Made by a program: the position numbers and the translations under genes. Positions 1-12,916 of a DNA stretch of 64,000 nt are shown here, one piece after another. The DNA is from Blepharisma stoltei ATCC 30299 (lineage: Eukaryota > Protista > Ciliophora). The DNA lies in the NCBI GenBank assembly GCA_965603825.1, contig CBFDEM010000027.1:248001-312000 (forward strand), given 5' to 3'. The notes beneath the pieces are model-generated. The model made no database searches and was not told where the DNA came from. It saw nothing but the letters and a program-made list of their open reading frames with translations. Each line of letters begins with the position of its first letter. Position 1 is the first letter of the stretch.

Positions 1-79
1 TTTAGGTGCCAGAGAACTTTTATTTGAATAATTAATTTATTTTAGTTTAATAAAAGTAATATAAATAGTATCCGACGAT

Positions 80-1096
80 TTAATCATCATTATCTAACTT
101 GATGGCTAGATAATAATCATGGAGTATTTCGAAAATTCTTTCTTCAAAATTTCTGCAAGCATAATCCAATTCTTCAATGAGATACTTTAATTTTTTATTT
201 TTTGGATTTATGTAAGCATAGGTGAAGCATCTCGATAAAATTGATGGTATTTTAAAATTATGAGTTGCTTTGCATAACTCATAGGATCTACTATGTGATT
301 CTTCGTTTTGATTTTCAAGCACTCGATTTTCCTGATAAATTTCTAATAAAAACTTTATCACACTTAACGCTGAATCATAATAAAATTTTGCCAACGATTT
401 GGTTTCTTCATCAATGCCTAATTCTTCAGGCAGGTTTTCTGCTTCAATGCTTAATCATATCGACTCTATTGTAAAATAATCATTAGTTAAGCTCTCCATA
501 TCTAGTAACCCTGTGTGGCCATATTTTGGTGAAAACCTATAAAGCAGATTTGTTAGATTTCCAATCTTCCATTTGATTGTTAATTTGGATGCAAACTGCA
601 GAAGTTTTCTTACTAAGTCATATTCGTCACAATAGTCACCAATAATTTTTTCGCCATAGTCTTTTCTTGCTCTTTTGTCTTCAATGTCTTCTATTTGATC
701 CTCATCAATACGATAATATGGATGGCAATATTTAATTGCTGATAAATCTAAGTCTTTTTGCTTGTTGCTCCATAGTTCTGTATATAATATAGCTAGTTCA
801 TTATCTATGTCCTCATATTTTATCTTCCCATAATTTTTCTAAATAATTTTTACCAGTTTTTTCTTTAAAATTCCTTTTAGATTCTTAAGATTGTATTTTG
901 GTTTTCTATTTATTTCAGAAGGCTTATGATTACTCACAAAATTGGGTACTGAGGCATCCGTCATTGGTGATGGAGGCTCTGTATTACTAAAAATATTTTC
1001 CATATCAACATTCTTCCCAATATTATTACTATCAATAGGTAGACTAAAAATCCGAATGTCATGCTTTTCTTCTTCAAGCGGAACTGATTCTTCCAT
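80..1096 (-). CDS. Hypothetical protein (2 exons; intron 839-853; TGA=Trp at 455-457)
   Basis: MEESV start; removing the 15-nt intron and reading TGA as Trp joins ORFs 839-1174 and 80-394 into one frame ending TAA. Confidence 0.75.
839..853 (-). other. 15-nt spliceosomal intron GTAAAAATTATTTAG
   Basis: GT..TAG, A at -6, removes in-frame TAG. Confidence 0.85.
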
Positions 1097-1546
1097 GATG
1101 AGTAGAATTATTATTGTTCTACAAATGCCATTAATTTGTCGTAAAAATGAGAAATTATATGAAAAACTGAGCATAATGGAAATTTATTTTCCTATAGAAA
1201 TATATAATATATCAAAAGGGATTAAAGTCTGCTAAGAAATTAATTTAACCATTAGAAAATATAACTAATACTAAAAAAAATAGAAAGTGCTGACTAAACT
1301 TTATTTTTTCTCTTAATCAAAATACTTTGACACAAGCCTATTAATGCCTTTTTAATTATACTTTATTTAGCATGGACTTTTTGAAGTATATAAAACCAAT
1401 ATTTACGATTTATATATTCATTTAAACATTAAAATTGTTATCTAAGACTCGAATTTCTAAATCTCTTAATAAATTGAGAAATAATGATATTAACACCTAT
1501 CTTAGAAAAATTAAAATAATAATTAAATAAACTTTAGAATAAATAA

Positions 1547-2002
1547 ATGGCAACAGTGACTACACAAGCCTTCTTTGGGTTCATGGGAGTATCAAGCGCA
1601 TTGGTTTTCGCTAATCTCGGCGCTGCTTATGGTACTGCAAAAAGTGGAGTAGGTATTTCTTCAATGGGTGTAATTAAGCCAGAACTGATCATGAAATCAA
1701 TCATCCCAGTAGTCATGGCTGGTGTCTTGGGCATTTATGGTCTTATCGTTGCAGTTATTCTCGTCCAAAAAATTAACGACAATGACTACTCATTCTATGA
1801 TGGCTACAAACACTTGGCTTCAGGATTGTGTTGCGGATTAAGCTCATTAGCAGCTGGAATGGCTATAGGAATAGTAGGCGACGCTGGAGTTCGAGCAAAT
1901 GCACAGCAAGATAAAATCTTTGTCGGGATGATTCTGATCCTTATCTTTGCTGAAGCCTTAGGTCTTTATGGACTCATTATTGCACTAATCTTATCTCAAT
2001 AA
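1547..2002 (+). CDS. ATP6V0C: V-type H+-ATPase 16-kDa proteolipid subunit c
   Basis: [37 protein letters not shown] motifs. Confidence 0.97.
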   Translation: MATVTTQAFFGFMGVSSALVFANLGAAYGTAKSGVGISSMGVIKPELIMKSIIPVVMAGVLGIYGLIVAVILVQKINDNDYSFYDGYKHLASGLCCGLSSLAAGMAIGIVGDAGVRANAQQDKIFVGMILILIFAEALGLYGLIIALILSQ

Positions 2003-2024
2003 TTTAGACTTAAACTAGATAAAA

Positions 2025-2249
2025 TTATTGCGTTACTTGAGAATTTTTATCTTGTGTGTAATACTTAGAAATCAAATCATTTGTTTCATAATACTTAGCC
2101 GCACAGCGATCTAAACAAAGCTTTTCTCCAGTGTTCAAGTCACTTTCAGTCTTATGAGGGATGCAAATTTTCCAGCAAGCATCTTGCATTTTCTTTAAGA
2201 AAGCTGCGTTTAACTTAGCCATCTTCATAGCAGAGATTTCTTGGCTCAT
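2025..2249 (-). CDS. Small Tim chaperone (Tim10/Tim9 family)
   Basis: Twin CX3C (CWKIC...CLDRC), GEKLCLDRCAAKY, 74 aa. Confidence 0.88.
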   Translation of the reverse strand: MSQEISAMKMAKLNAAFLKKMQDACWKICIPHKTESDLNTGEKLCLDRCAAKYYETNDLISKYYTQDKNSQVTQ

Positions 2250-2354
2250 TTTATAATTATTTAAATTTATAATTAAGCAATCTGCTTATATTTTTCTTAT
2301 TATTTTAGTGATTCTTTATATAAGTTTATTATAATTTAGATACAAAAATTAATT

Positions 2355-3881
2355 ATGGGTAGCTGCTGTGGAACCCAAACAAGCTACAATAAGCTTTCTT
2401 TGAACCTGCAAGGGAAAACTACTGAAATCCCTAAAAAAATCACAAATTTCAATGAGCTTCAAGCAGAAGCAAGGAGAAACTATCGGCAATTAACCAATAA
2501 AGAATTTACTATGAAGATCAATGAGAACCCTCTGACAAATGATAACTTTTTTCAATATACAAAAGGAAAAGGAAAACTTACCATAACTATTGATATAGAA
2601 AATGACCAAGCTATCGATTTATCAGGTGGATACATAAGTATTAAATCAGATGAGCTAGAGCATGCAGGTTTTGTAACAAATTTTAATTTGGTAATGACTA
2701 CTAATAAAGTCCTTCCAAGCCCAGAAAAAGCTTTACAAGCTAAATCTGACCTTCAGCTAGACCCAAAAGTATTTTTCTATCGAAACTCTGCACTTTCATT
2801 TTCATTAGTCGGACTTCAAGCTGGCATAAGAGCAGAGCCTTTACCTATCCTCTGCACCAAATTGCACCCTGGGGATAAAATTTCTATCAATAACACAACA
2901 GTAACTCTAATCTCATTGGACCCTTATAAACTAGTATATAAGTATAACGCAATTCCAGGAACTCCTATTCTATATCAAGGAAAAGTTGTAGGGATGCATA
3001 TATCGAATAATATTGGAGTAAATATTTTAGGGGTTATTGAAGACTTAAAATCAGTCTCCACCGTCCATTTATTTTCTTCACAAATTAACGAGTTTTTGCA
3101 TGAAGTTATATTTGAGGAAGGAATCCCCAGCTCTGAGTCTCGGTTTCATTTTATTTATTGTCCAAAAGAAAATGGGTTATCAAGCTATAACATAATTTCG
3201 CAGGAATTCAAAAATGTTGATATTAAAATACCAAAAAATTCAGTTGTGGCACAAGCTGAGACGGGAGCTTATATATCAGGTGGGAAAAGCGATAACTTAG
3301 TCTGCAAAAAATTTTATTTTTTTGATAGTTATACGTTTACCCTGTTTGAAAAGCATGAAATGATCACTGCTAGAGAAAACCATGCTATGGCTATTATGAG
3401 TACTGGAGTTTATGTAATAAGTGGATTTAATGGTAGCGAGCTAACTAATGAATGTGAATATTTCGATATTAAGAAAAATGTATGGTATCCTATATACCCT
3501 ATAAATTTACCAAGAAATGGAGCCACAGCAACCGTTTTTCTTGAAAATTTGTATGTGGCTGGAGGACTGAGGCCAAATGGAAGCTTTTGTGAAAATATTG
3601 AAAAGTTTGTTAATAATAGATGAGAAAATTTGAAGATAAAAGCCCCAGAGTCTTTAGGAAATATCAAGATTTTTGGAGATGGACAAAAAATGATGATATT
3701 AGGGAAAAGCTTGTGGAGATCTAACAATGAGGAGTGGGAAACAATTTCTGATGAAAAGCAAGAGCTTCCAGGGAAGCATATAGCAATCTTGATGAATAAG
3801 CTATATGTTTTTGTAAATCCAAGAAATCTATTGGTTTGGGGAAATGAGAGTGAGTGGAGAAATGTAGGGAGAGGAAAGTAA
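2355..3881 (+). CDS. Lipid-anchored protein with degenerate trypsin-like domain and C-terminal kelch repeats
   Basis: MGSCCG N-terminus; PGTPILYQGKVVGMH; kelch repeats (YISGG, VYVISG, LYVAGG); TGA 3621-3623 at a kelch Trp position. Confidence 0.8.
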
Positions 3882-4022
3882 AATTAATAGAATTGTAAAC
3901 ATTGTACATTTCTCAAGAATAATGCTCTTGCATAATAAAATATTAAGTTTTCCAGAATTAACTTATCTTAAATTTTTAATAAATTATTGTTACCTTTAAA
4001 TTGAAATTCAATAATGGCTTAA

Positions 4023-5996
4023 ATGCAAAAGCAAAAAATTCTTATCCTGCTTATTCTGGCTGGATGATTTTTTTTAACAGTTTTTTATTCTTATTTTCAC
4101 AATACTCACAACAATCCATTTGAAACGACATCTATTATTTTGAATTCTGAATTATTTTTAGATGAAAAATCTCCTCCTCAAACTTCATATCATGCAAGCT
4201 TAAACTATTTCGATGATGAAAATTCAGTGTTTCCTCTCGATGTTTCATGTAAACCTGATACATTTGGCTACACTTTGCAGGAAGCCAAGAGATGGTTTGA
4301 AGATATTGATTACCCACGATGTGAGACCCTTTACAATTCCACACCAGGTGTAATAAATATTGATATAGAAAAGAATGTTTTTACTATGAACTGTTCTGGG
4401 TATTTTGTATTAGGAAATCGTTATGAAGAAATAGGATCTTATACTCCCACGTCACGGCGGGTTTATCATGAGCCTGTAAAATTAAAATCAGAAGAGTATG
4501 CGTTTGGGACCTGCAGCGATACAAAAACTAAAGATTTCGAACACTTTGTATATAAATTCAGACCAGAACCTCTAGCATTAGAAAGAGCTGAAAAGGCTCT
4601 TAAAGGCAAGCCTTTAAATATTGTTATGCTTGTAATTGATTCATTAAGTAGAAGGAATTTTTTAAGAAAACTTCCAAAATCGGTGGAATTTTTAAAAAAT
4701 TTAGATGAAAATTACTCAATTTTTGATTTTAAGATGAATAATGTTATGGGAAGAGACTCACATCATTTTTATATGCCAGCATTATTTGGTGACATTAAAT
4801 ACAAAATAAATTTAGATTACAGAGGAGACTTGCACACTGAAAAGTCAATTTGAAGATATTTGCATCAAAACGGATTTGTTTCATTATTAGGAACTGATAT
4901 CTGCGGTGATAGTGTGTCTATGTTTCTTGGCAAAAATCCTAAAGTTGATCATATAATGGGCACAATCTTTTGTGCTGCAAAAAAATATTATGGGTATCAT
5001 CAAGATAAAACTTCAGAGAGATGCATAGGGAATAAGAATGTCCATGCAATAATGATGGACCATATTTTAAAATTTTCTGAAGCCTATAGAAATGTATCGA
5101 GATTTACCTATATGCATATAAATACAGGACATGAACCTACAGGCACAGTTATTTCTACACTTGACTTGGATTTGGTTGAATTTTTAAGAAGTATTTTGAG
5201 TAGAAATGAAGATTTAATTCTTTTTATTAAAGGAGATCATGGCTCAAGGCACGGAGGTTGGCTGAAAACAAGTTCTGGTGTAAACGAGCATAGAATCCCA
5301 TTAACATTTCTAATTGCTTCTAATTCATTTTTATCAAAAATCCCAAAAAGCATAGAAACCCTCATCCAAAATTCAAATAAATTGATTAGCAATTATGATT
5401 TTCATAGCACACTGATTGGGCTTGGAAATTTTTCTCAAGAAGATATTTCTTCAATGACATCAATTCGATTCAAATCATATAATTTATTTACTGAAATAAT
5501 ACCTGACAACAGAACATGCATTGATGCTGGTATAAATTTAACCTGATGTAGCTGCTTACCAGTTGAGTACTTGCAAGACTCAGAGTTTAATTCTCCTTTT
5601 GTTCTAAAAATTGTATATCAAGTTATTCTGAAGCTTAATTTGATAAATAATTGCATTGGACAATCTGATACTTGTGTATGCAAATTTCTTACTCTTGAGA
5701 CTATTTTAAAAGCTGGGGTTATCGAATATGACGGTGATGCTTTTTTTAAACTAACTTTTAAAGTTAGAGAAAGTCAAAAGGCAATATTTAGAGCTGATGT
5801 TAGGCTGTCTAAAGAAGAAATGGGGGATGAGGTAACTGCTGATAATGATTTATTTAAAGCAAAGCCAATAAAATTTGACGATTACAAGTTTTTGAAAATT
5901 TTAAATGTAAATCGGCTTGACCAGAGAGAAGATGAGTGCAAATATATAACAGAAAAATATGAAAAAGATCCTGATTATTGTTTATGTGGCTTTTAA
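4023..5996 (+). CDS. DUF229/alkaline-phosphatase-superfamily type II membrane protein
   Basis: N-terminal hydrophobic anchor; NIVMLVIDSLSRRNFLRKLPKS, GDHG, EHRIP; TGA at 4065, 4851, 5544 read through. Confidence 0.8.
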
Positions 5997-6242
5997 ATAA
6001 CCAGTAATAAATGATAACACAAGTTAGTCTAATTTCATTTTTTTTAAATATTTTCAAGTGAATACACAAATAGATCTATATTATAAAATTTGTTCATCAA
6101 TAAAAATAATACCTCAAAATTTTTCCACTTATTGTTCTATTCTCTATCTAAATGATTAACAATCACAAAAATCATACATAATAATAAAATGCAAACTTAA
6201 AAACACAAGCAACTCTCAGGATTAATAAAGTAAGTATTATAA

Positions 6243-8390
6243 ATGTTAATTTTTGGTAAAGCATGCGGTGGCTCTCGGAAAAAAGGTCAACCTCGAAGAG
6301 ACCTTGACCTCAAAATTCTAAGCCAAAGATACAGATTTACTGACCCAGAACTTATCCTTTATAAGCAACGCTTTGAACGCATTGCAAGAGGGCTAGGCTT
6401 CACTATAGAAGATTTTAGAGAAAACATGGGACTCCTAGGTATGAAATCAACCCGTTTAATAGCAGATAGGATTTTTGCAGTCATGAACAAGTCAAAATCA
6501 GGGATTGTAACCCTTGAAGAATATTTAAGCTACACAAATATTTTAATGAACGGAACAAAGCCAGAAAAAGCCCATCAAAGCTTCAAATTAATAAAAAATG
6601 CAGGAGAAGGAAATATTACTTACAGTGAATTTTCAAGCTGAATCATTAATGTTTGAAAAATGTATAATACTTTGACAGGAATTGAGGTTTCTGCAACACA
6701 AGAGGATATTCGGTATTATTTTGATCTCCTGGATTTAAAAAAAGATAACGAAATTGATTTAGAAGAGTATACTGAATCAATGGGAAAAAATGAAAATCTG
6801 TTTGAATGGTTCGATTTTGTAAATAAAAGAATTACTGATAAGATAAACCCACCTAATGTTGACCAAAAAAGACTTGAAAATATGAGCTATAAAGAATCAA
6901 TAGAAAATATCGAAAATGATATAAAAGACTGCCTGGGCATAATCAATGGTTTAGATATTGAAAAACCAGATATCTCAAAAATGAGAGCTTATAGCCAAAG
7001 CGGTATAAATTTCCCGCTCAGAAAAGGAAGCACTTTTTCAAATTATTCCAGCCAAAAATATGAAATCAATGACAATAGTACATCAGAAACTGATATTAAT
7101 ATTGGCAATGCAAAAGTTCCAAAAATTTTATTATCAGAATGCTCTGATGAAGAAAATGATGAAAATGAAAAAAAGCTGGAAAAACTGAAAGAAAAATTGG
7201 TTAACTTATTAGAAAAATTAAAAATATTTAAAGAAAGCGACTTATCAAGCACTCATAGTAGAGTTAAAGAAGAAGAGCTAGCCTTATCAAGTATAGAAAT
7301 GAAAAATGTGCATAGGAAAGACTCAGCAATTCACTGGGGGGATCATGATTGAAATTTAGTTCTGAATATGATGCTTGGAATACAAAAAGCAGTAAAAGCA
7401 TCAGCAGTAAATTTAGATCCAACTGCTGATGTTACTAAAGAAGAATTCAAAGAAAAATCTAAACATAATCTTCTACCAGGAAAGGAAAATCAAAACAGAA
7501 AAGTTTATAAGTTCAGAGATTATGCCCCAATGATTTTTGAGCGAATTAGAAGATTTTATGGAATTTCTGCAAGTGAATATACAAAATCATTAGGTGTTGA
7601 AAAAATAATGCAAAGCCTAATGGTTAATGAATTTTCCTCTTTAGAAGGTCAATGCTCATCAGGAAAAAGTGGAAGCTTTTTCTACTTCAGTGATGATGGG
7701 AAATATATATTAAAAACATTGAAAAGAGAGGAATATTTATTTTTAAGAAAAATTTTGCCTGATTATTACTTTCATGTCATGAAGAATCCCCACACTCTAA
7801 TCACCAGGTTCTTTGGTTTCCACAAATTAATAGTAAGTGTTGGACACATGCTTTATTTTGTAGTAATGGGAAATGTCTTCAAATCAGGACACGAGCTCCA
7901 AGAAGTCTTTGACCTAAAAGGTTCCACATATGGAAGATCTACCAATCCAAATGCAGATAAATCAGTAGCAAGAAAAGACTTAGATTTTCTTCAATTAAAT
8001 AAAAAAATTATCATAGGAAAAGATAGAAAAAGACTATTAATCCAGCAAATAGAAAGAGATTCAGAACTAATGGTCAGTTTAAATATAATTGATTATAGCT
8101 TGCTATTAGGCATTCATGAAATCCAAAATAATAGTGAAATAATAAACAAACTTGCTAATCATTCAGATTTTATCCCATTTGTAGAAAGAGATAATGGTGG
8201 GATTATCAGTAGCGACGGAAAAACACTTTATTTTATGGGAATTATTGACATATTAACACATTATGGAAGCAAGAAAAAAGTTGAGCATATGCTAAAAGCA
8301 GCACTTCATGACAAAAATGCAGTTTCTTGTGCTCCACCAGGGTTTTATGCACAGCGGTTTATTACTTTTCTTGATTCTTTGATTGAGTAA
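6243..8390 (+). CDS. EF-hand-containing phosphatidylinositol phosphate kinase (PIP5K family)
   Basis: EF-hands; FRDYAP, GKSGSFFY, FDLKGS, KDLDF, IIDYSLLLG, GIIDIL; TGA at 6639, 6654, 7350. Confidence 0.93.
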
Positions 8391-8437
8391 TTAATTGTAT
8401 AAAATTGATTAATTATTATTTAATTTATATTGCTAAA

Positions 8438-10468
8438 TTACGCAATACTCACCCATTTTTCAAAGAATTTTCTTTCTGTTTTCCTAAGGTAATTTTCTAT
8501 AATTTTGATAAGTGTATGAAGATTTTTCCTTTTGAGGTTTCTTTCTTGTGATTTTGCCTGCCATGCAAAGAAGGTGACCTTAGAAAGGGAAGATTTTTGC
8601 AATTTGACGTTAAACAGGTAAGATACAATTTGACTTAGGCCTTCTGGGCACTCTTCTTGATTAACATTTTTTAAAAAGCTCGAAGTGTCAAGGGTTGAAT
8701 TATAAAAACTTTCTCCTGAGTACACAAAAGACTTGTCAAGATTTAGTGAAGATTCAATTCTGCACAGAGGCTTATAGGAAAGCTGATAAGACGCGAACTT
8801 TATTATTTTTTGTTGTTTAGGAAATTCAATAAAAGACCCAGAAACTTGCTGATTTCATTTTGTCCATGCCTGAAGAACACAGATCATAAGAATATGATCT
8901 AAGTTTCTTAGAGCTGCTTTAATAATTTTATGTGATTTTTTTAATGGCTCTGCTTTGTGCTCTTCCATATACTCCAATGAAGTAAACGCTTTTTGCTTTG
9001 GTGTGAAAATTTTCACTGCAATAACCTCATCGACTCTTGTTACAACATTCCTTGTGACAGTTTCAATTTCTTCTACCTCTTCAATGTATTCTGGGCTTTT
9101 TCATGTTTCAAAAGCTCTTAAGAGATCTCTGTTTAATATAAAATTTAAATTTCGTAAAATTGTTTTTCTGAATTTAAATCTTTCAGAACTCAACAAAGCA
9201 TCATCTTTGTGCAATGATTTCCATTTAAAAAATGCTGTTTTTATGTTATACCTAACAATATGTGCTAAATTCTGTAAATGTGATTTTCCATTAGTCTCTT
9301 GTGAAACTTTGGGCTTTTTCATTCTTATAAGCCAAGTTCTCAAACTTTTTTTGATTAAATGTAACAAATGCTGAAGCTTGCATCTCAGAATCGTCAGTTT
9401 AAACGATCTCTGCTTTATATCATCAAAATAGCTTTTTTTTTTAAATATCATTATTTTTGATAATCCAAAAAGTGCTACATTTTGTGCAGACGATACATAA
9501 TCTTCGTATTTTCGCTTAGTTTCATTAATTTCGTCCTCAAGTACTAGCTGTTTTCATCTAAAAAAACCTTCACACACGCTTAAATAGGCATTTGTGTTAT
9601 AAAAATGTACGCTTGCTCAACTAAGTTTTTTTAGCCATTTCATTGCACTCTTGTGGTTTTGAATTTCATCAATTTTATCATAAAATATTCGAGTATTTGC
9701 CTTTCATTTGATAAGAAATTCCTTCATAAGCCCATGGTACCTTAAAGTTCCACAGCGAATGATATGATCTAAAACTCCAACCCCTGATGTTAATCGTGAA
9801 TGGGGTAAAACTTTAAATTTTGGGACATAAACATGGGATTTTACACTTTGAAAATATCATCTATATAAAGCATCCTGATCTAAGTGAATTTTAGTTGACA
9901 TCACCATTCGTTTTATTGATTCAGTCAGAATATTCTTTTTTTCTGAAGGTGTTAATTTAATTTTTTTGAATTTTTTGTGAACATGTGTACGATGAGACTT
10001 TATCCTTAGCAGATTAATTTGATTTTTTTCAAACAAAGGATGAACTACAAGCTTAAAAATGTGATTATAACGTCTCCTCATTACTTTAGTAATGGAGTGT
10101 GAGAAAACCATAGCTTTGTATTCAATAGAATCATCAGCATAGCCTATAGACTCGCTATGAAAGGTTGACCCATCAGTTCGACTTGGTGGCCGACTTTCAC
10201 TAAATTTATATGAAGAAGAAGACTCGCTATAGCCTTCCGAGTCTTCTCGGTCTAACTGATTTTCCGGCCCTGCATATGACCGACGTACATATGAAATATA
10301 TTTTCTCACACTTGGAGCTGGCTCTTCTTGATCATTTTCCTGGAATTCTTGAGCCACATTTTGAATACACTGGACAGCAAGGTTTAAATTCTCAGCCTTA
10401 GATAGAGTTGATATAATAGAATAAACTTCATTTGTGGAAGATGATTTTGGATTTCTATATCTCGCCAT
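8438..10468 (-). CDS. 676-aa basic helical protein with Sfi1-like (F/L)xxW repeats
   Basis: Single frame with six TGA=Trp; repeats DALYRW, EFLIKWK, GFFRWK, TAFFKWK, LLRAFETWK, QAWTKW, TFFAWQ, FFEKW. Confidence 0.75.
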
Positions 10469-10896
10469 TCGGTTAAATTGTAAATTTATTTTTAATTAGG
10501 CAAATTTTCAGCCGTGTTTTCTAGAAATACACGAGATTGGATATTTAAAGGGTTAAATGATAAACAGTTCTAAAGGTAATCGAATACTGAACGGATATGG
10601 AAATTATAAATATGGATAACTAACTAATAAATTATTATGAAAATCTATATCTATTATATTTAAATTGATTTTATATCTATTTTTCTTTGAAAAATAATGG
10701 AAATTTGATTTCCTGATTATAAGAACAATTTTATAAAATGAGGCACATATTATTTCTTAAAATTATAAAGAATTTTTTGCATTATGAATTATTTAGAAAT
10801 GGAGATAAAAATAAGTAAAATAGTAGGAAATATTTTAGTACAATTTTAAGACACAATAAAGATAAATTCTAAGATAAATTATAAAAATAATTGAAA

Positions 10897-11115
10897 ATGG
10901 CTTACAATAGATATCTTTTCAATTCTTTTGAACACTATGGCTCAATTCTACGTGCAATTCGACCTTTAGTCTTGCAGCTCTTCTTAATTAGTGGTCTTAT
11001 GGCAGGCGGCTCATTGAATAGCAAAGTAAATTTTGAGAAATACAACAAATCAGCCAAGTCAATTCTTTACAAGCTAGCAGAAATAGAAATCAAAGAAAAT
11101 GAGATTAATAAATAA
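10897..11115 (+). CDS. Small hypothetical protein, one hydrophobic segment (72 aa)
   Basis: AAAATG start, less AT-rich than flanks, TAA stop; no recognised motif. Confidence 0.45.
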   Translation: MAYNRYLFNSFEHYGSILRAIRPLVLQLFLISGLMAGGSLNSKVNFEKYNKSAKSILYKLAEIEIKENEINK

Positions 11116-11259
11116 TAAGCTCAAGAGTTTCAAATCTGCCTAACAATCTTAATCTTCGTAAAATTGGTAACGATTACAATTACTAAATTTTTCCTCACAA
11201 GATTAAATTATCTTTAAAATTAAACCCTTTAAATCGCTCACATATATAATACCTTATGA

Positions 11260-12837
11260 TTATTTAATTAAAGCCAACTGATCCTGCCTTTTCTTGATTT
11301 CTTTATTAATTTCAACTTTTAATTGATTCAATAGCTCCATCCCTCTTGCAGTTTTTTCTTCATTAAATTCTGATATTTCTATTTGCTCATACAATGTCTC
11401 TATGACAGAATGGACAATTTTTACCATTTCATTATCATTTTTCCTTTTCTTTATTTTTTCCATATTCTTGATATTTATTTTTTTATGCTTTTTTTCTTTA
11501 CTTTCTTCATTTCTTTCGAAATTCTCTTCCAAACTATGATGCTTGAATTCTTCAATTTCAGGAGGATGGTTTCTTGGTCTGATTGGCCATACTGGATCAT
11601 TTAGTCTTCCATCAAATAAAATTTCTTTATAGGATAAAGCCATCCTAATTATTATATAAATTTCTCCAACAGGTGGAAATTTTAGCAGTCTTCTCATGAT
11701 CCCAGTACTATCACTTTCCATTAGAAAATCTTTTACAAAGATAATCATTGCGACACAAACTAGGTCTAAAAGTCCTAAATGGTTTACAAAATCTAATTTA
11801 CCTGTAATTGTTTCGCTTTCGTTTGGATAATCCCAGCCTATGCAAGCAAATATAGAATCCCATATTATAATTGTATTGGGAAAACTTAATTCTCGACTTA
11901 GCATACACCTTATATATCTTTGCAGATAAATTTGTGGCTCGATTTTTTCTTCTTCTAAGTGGTTATAAAGGTCTCTGTCAATAGCTCTTAATAGTCTATG
12001 ATGGATTTTGTGGCATCGTTTTAGAATTGGGGATGCATTTTCTTCATTACTTTTATCTTGATTTACTAAATCATTCTTTTCTGCTTCCCATGCAAATAAT
12101 TTATCTTTTTGAGAATTAGGCTTATTGCTAACCACTGGCTGAAACATTTCCATCATTCCTAGCTCCATAATCTGTTTGAAAATCCAATATGTGTCTGCTT
12201 CTATATAATTTGGGTCATTTAAAATATTCAAACATTGTGCAGCGTCTTCAGAAATCTCTGATATCCTTTGTGCCTGCTCTGAGTACACAACAAATAGCAC
12301 AAGTCCTAATAATTCATGCATTCCTTGTTTATATGAAATATTTTGATTTAGCTTGCACCATGTGAACAATGCATTTGTCATGATTTCTTTGATAGGCTCC
12401 ATCTGGAATAGCAATCTGTCTTGATAAGCTCTTTCTACGTCTTGTCTAATAGTTTGCCTTAATTGGAAGTCTTGATGGTAATTATTCCAAGGGTTCTATA
12501 TATTTTTTACATCTGGATCCTGCGATAATGGGTTGAAAATCAATGGATCTAAGTCTTTAACTGGGGCTTTCTAATTAGTAAATACTCCATGGATTTCTTT
12601 TAAATTTGCATATTCTATTCGAAGCTTTTGGGTAATTAAAATCCAGTTTTCAACTGACTCATGCTCTGGAAAAATCCCTAGGAAAATTCTTCAGCTTATA
12701 AATCGGTTGTGCAATAATCCTAAATAGCCGTCTAATGCAATCTGCCTTAGACTTGCATAGTTCTCTTTGATGAAAAATGTTTTTTCGAACTGTTTAGGAT
12801 TTAATAAATAATCTAGTGGCACAAGCTCTTCAGTCAT
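11260..12837 (-). CDS. TBC1D5: Rab GAP, TBC1D5-like (3 exons)
   Basis: W(TGA)RIFLG, DPLIFNPLSQDPD|NPW, IRQDVER, YKQGMHEL; introns 12571-12585 and 12496-12510. Confidence 0.87.
12496..12510 (-). other. 15-nt intron GTAAAAAATATATAG
   Basis: Restores SQDPD-NPW, removes TAG. Confidence 0.9.
12571..12585 (-). other. 15-nt intron GTATTTACTAATTAG
   Basis: Phase 0, removes in-frame TAG. Confidence 0.9.
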
Positions 12838-12916
12838 TTTATTTAAATAACATTTTTTAACTAAATAAAGATATTAATTTTGCTGTCCATTGATATTTGA
12901 AATAACTAATAAATTC

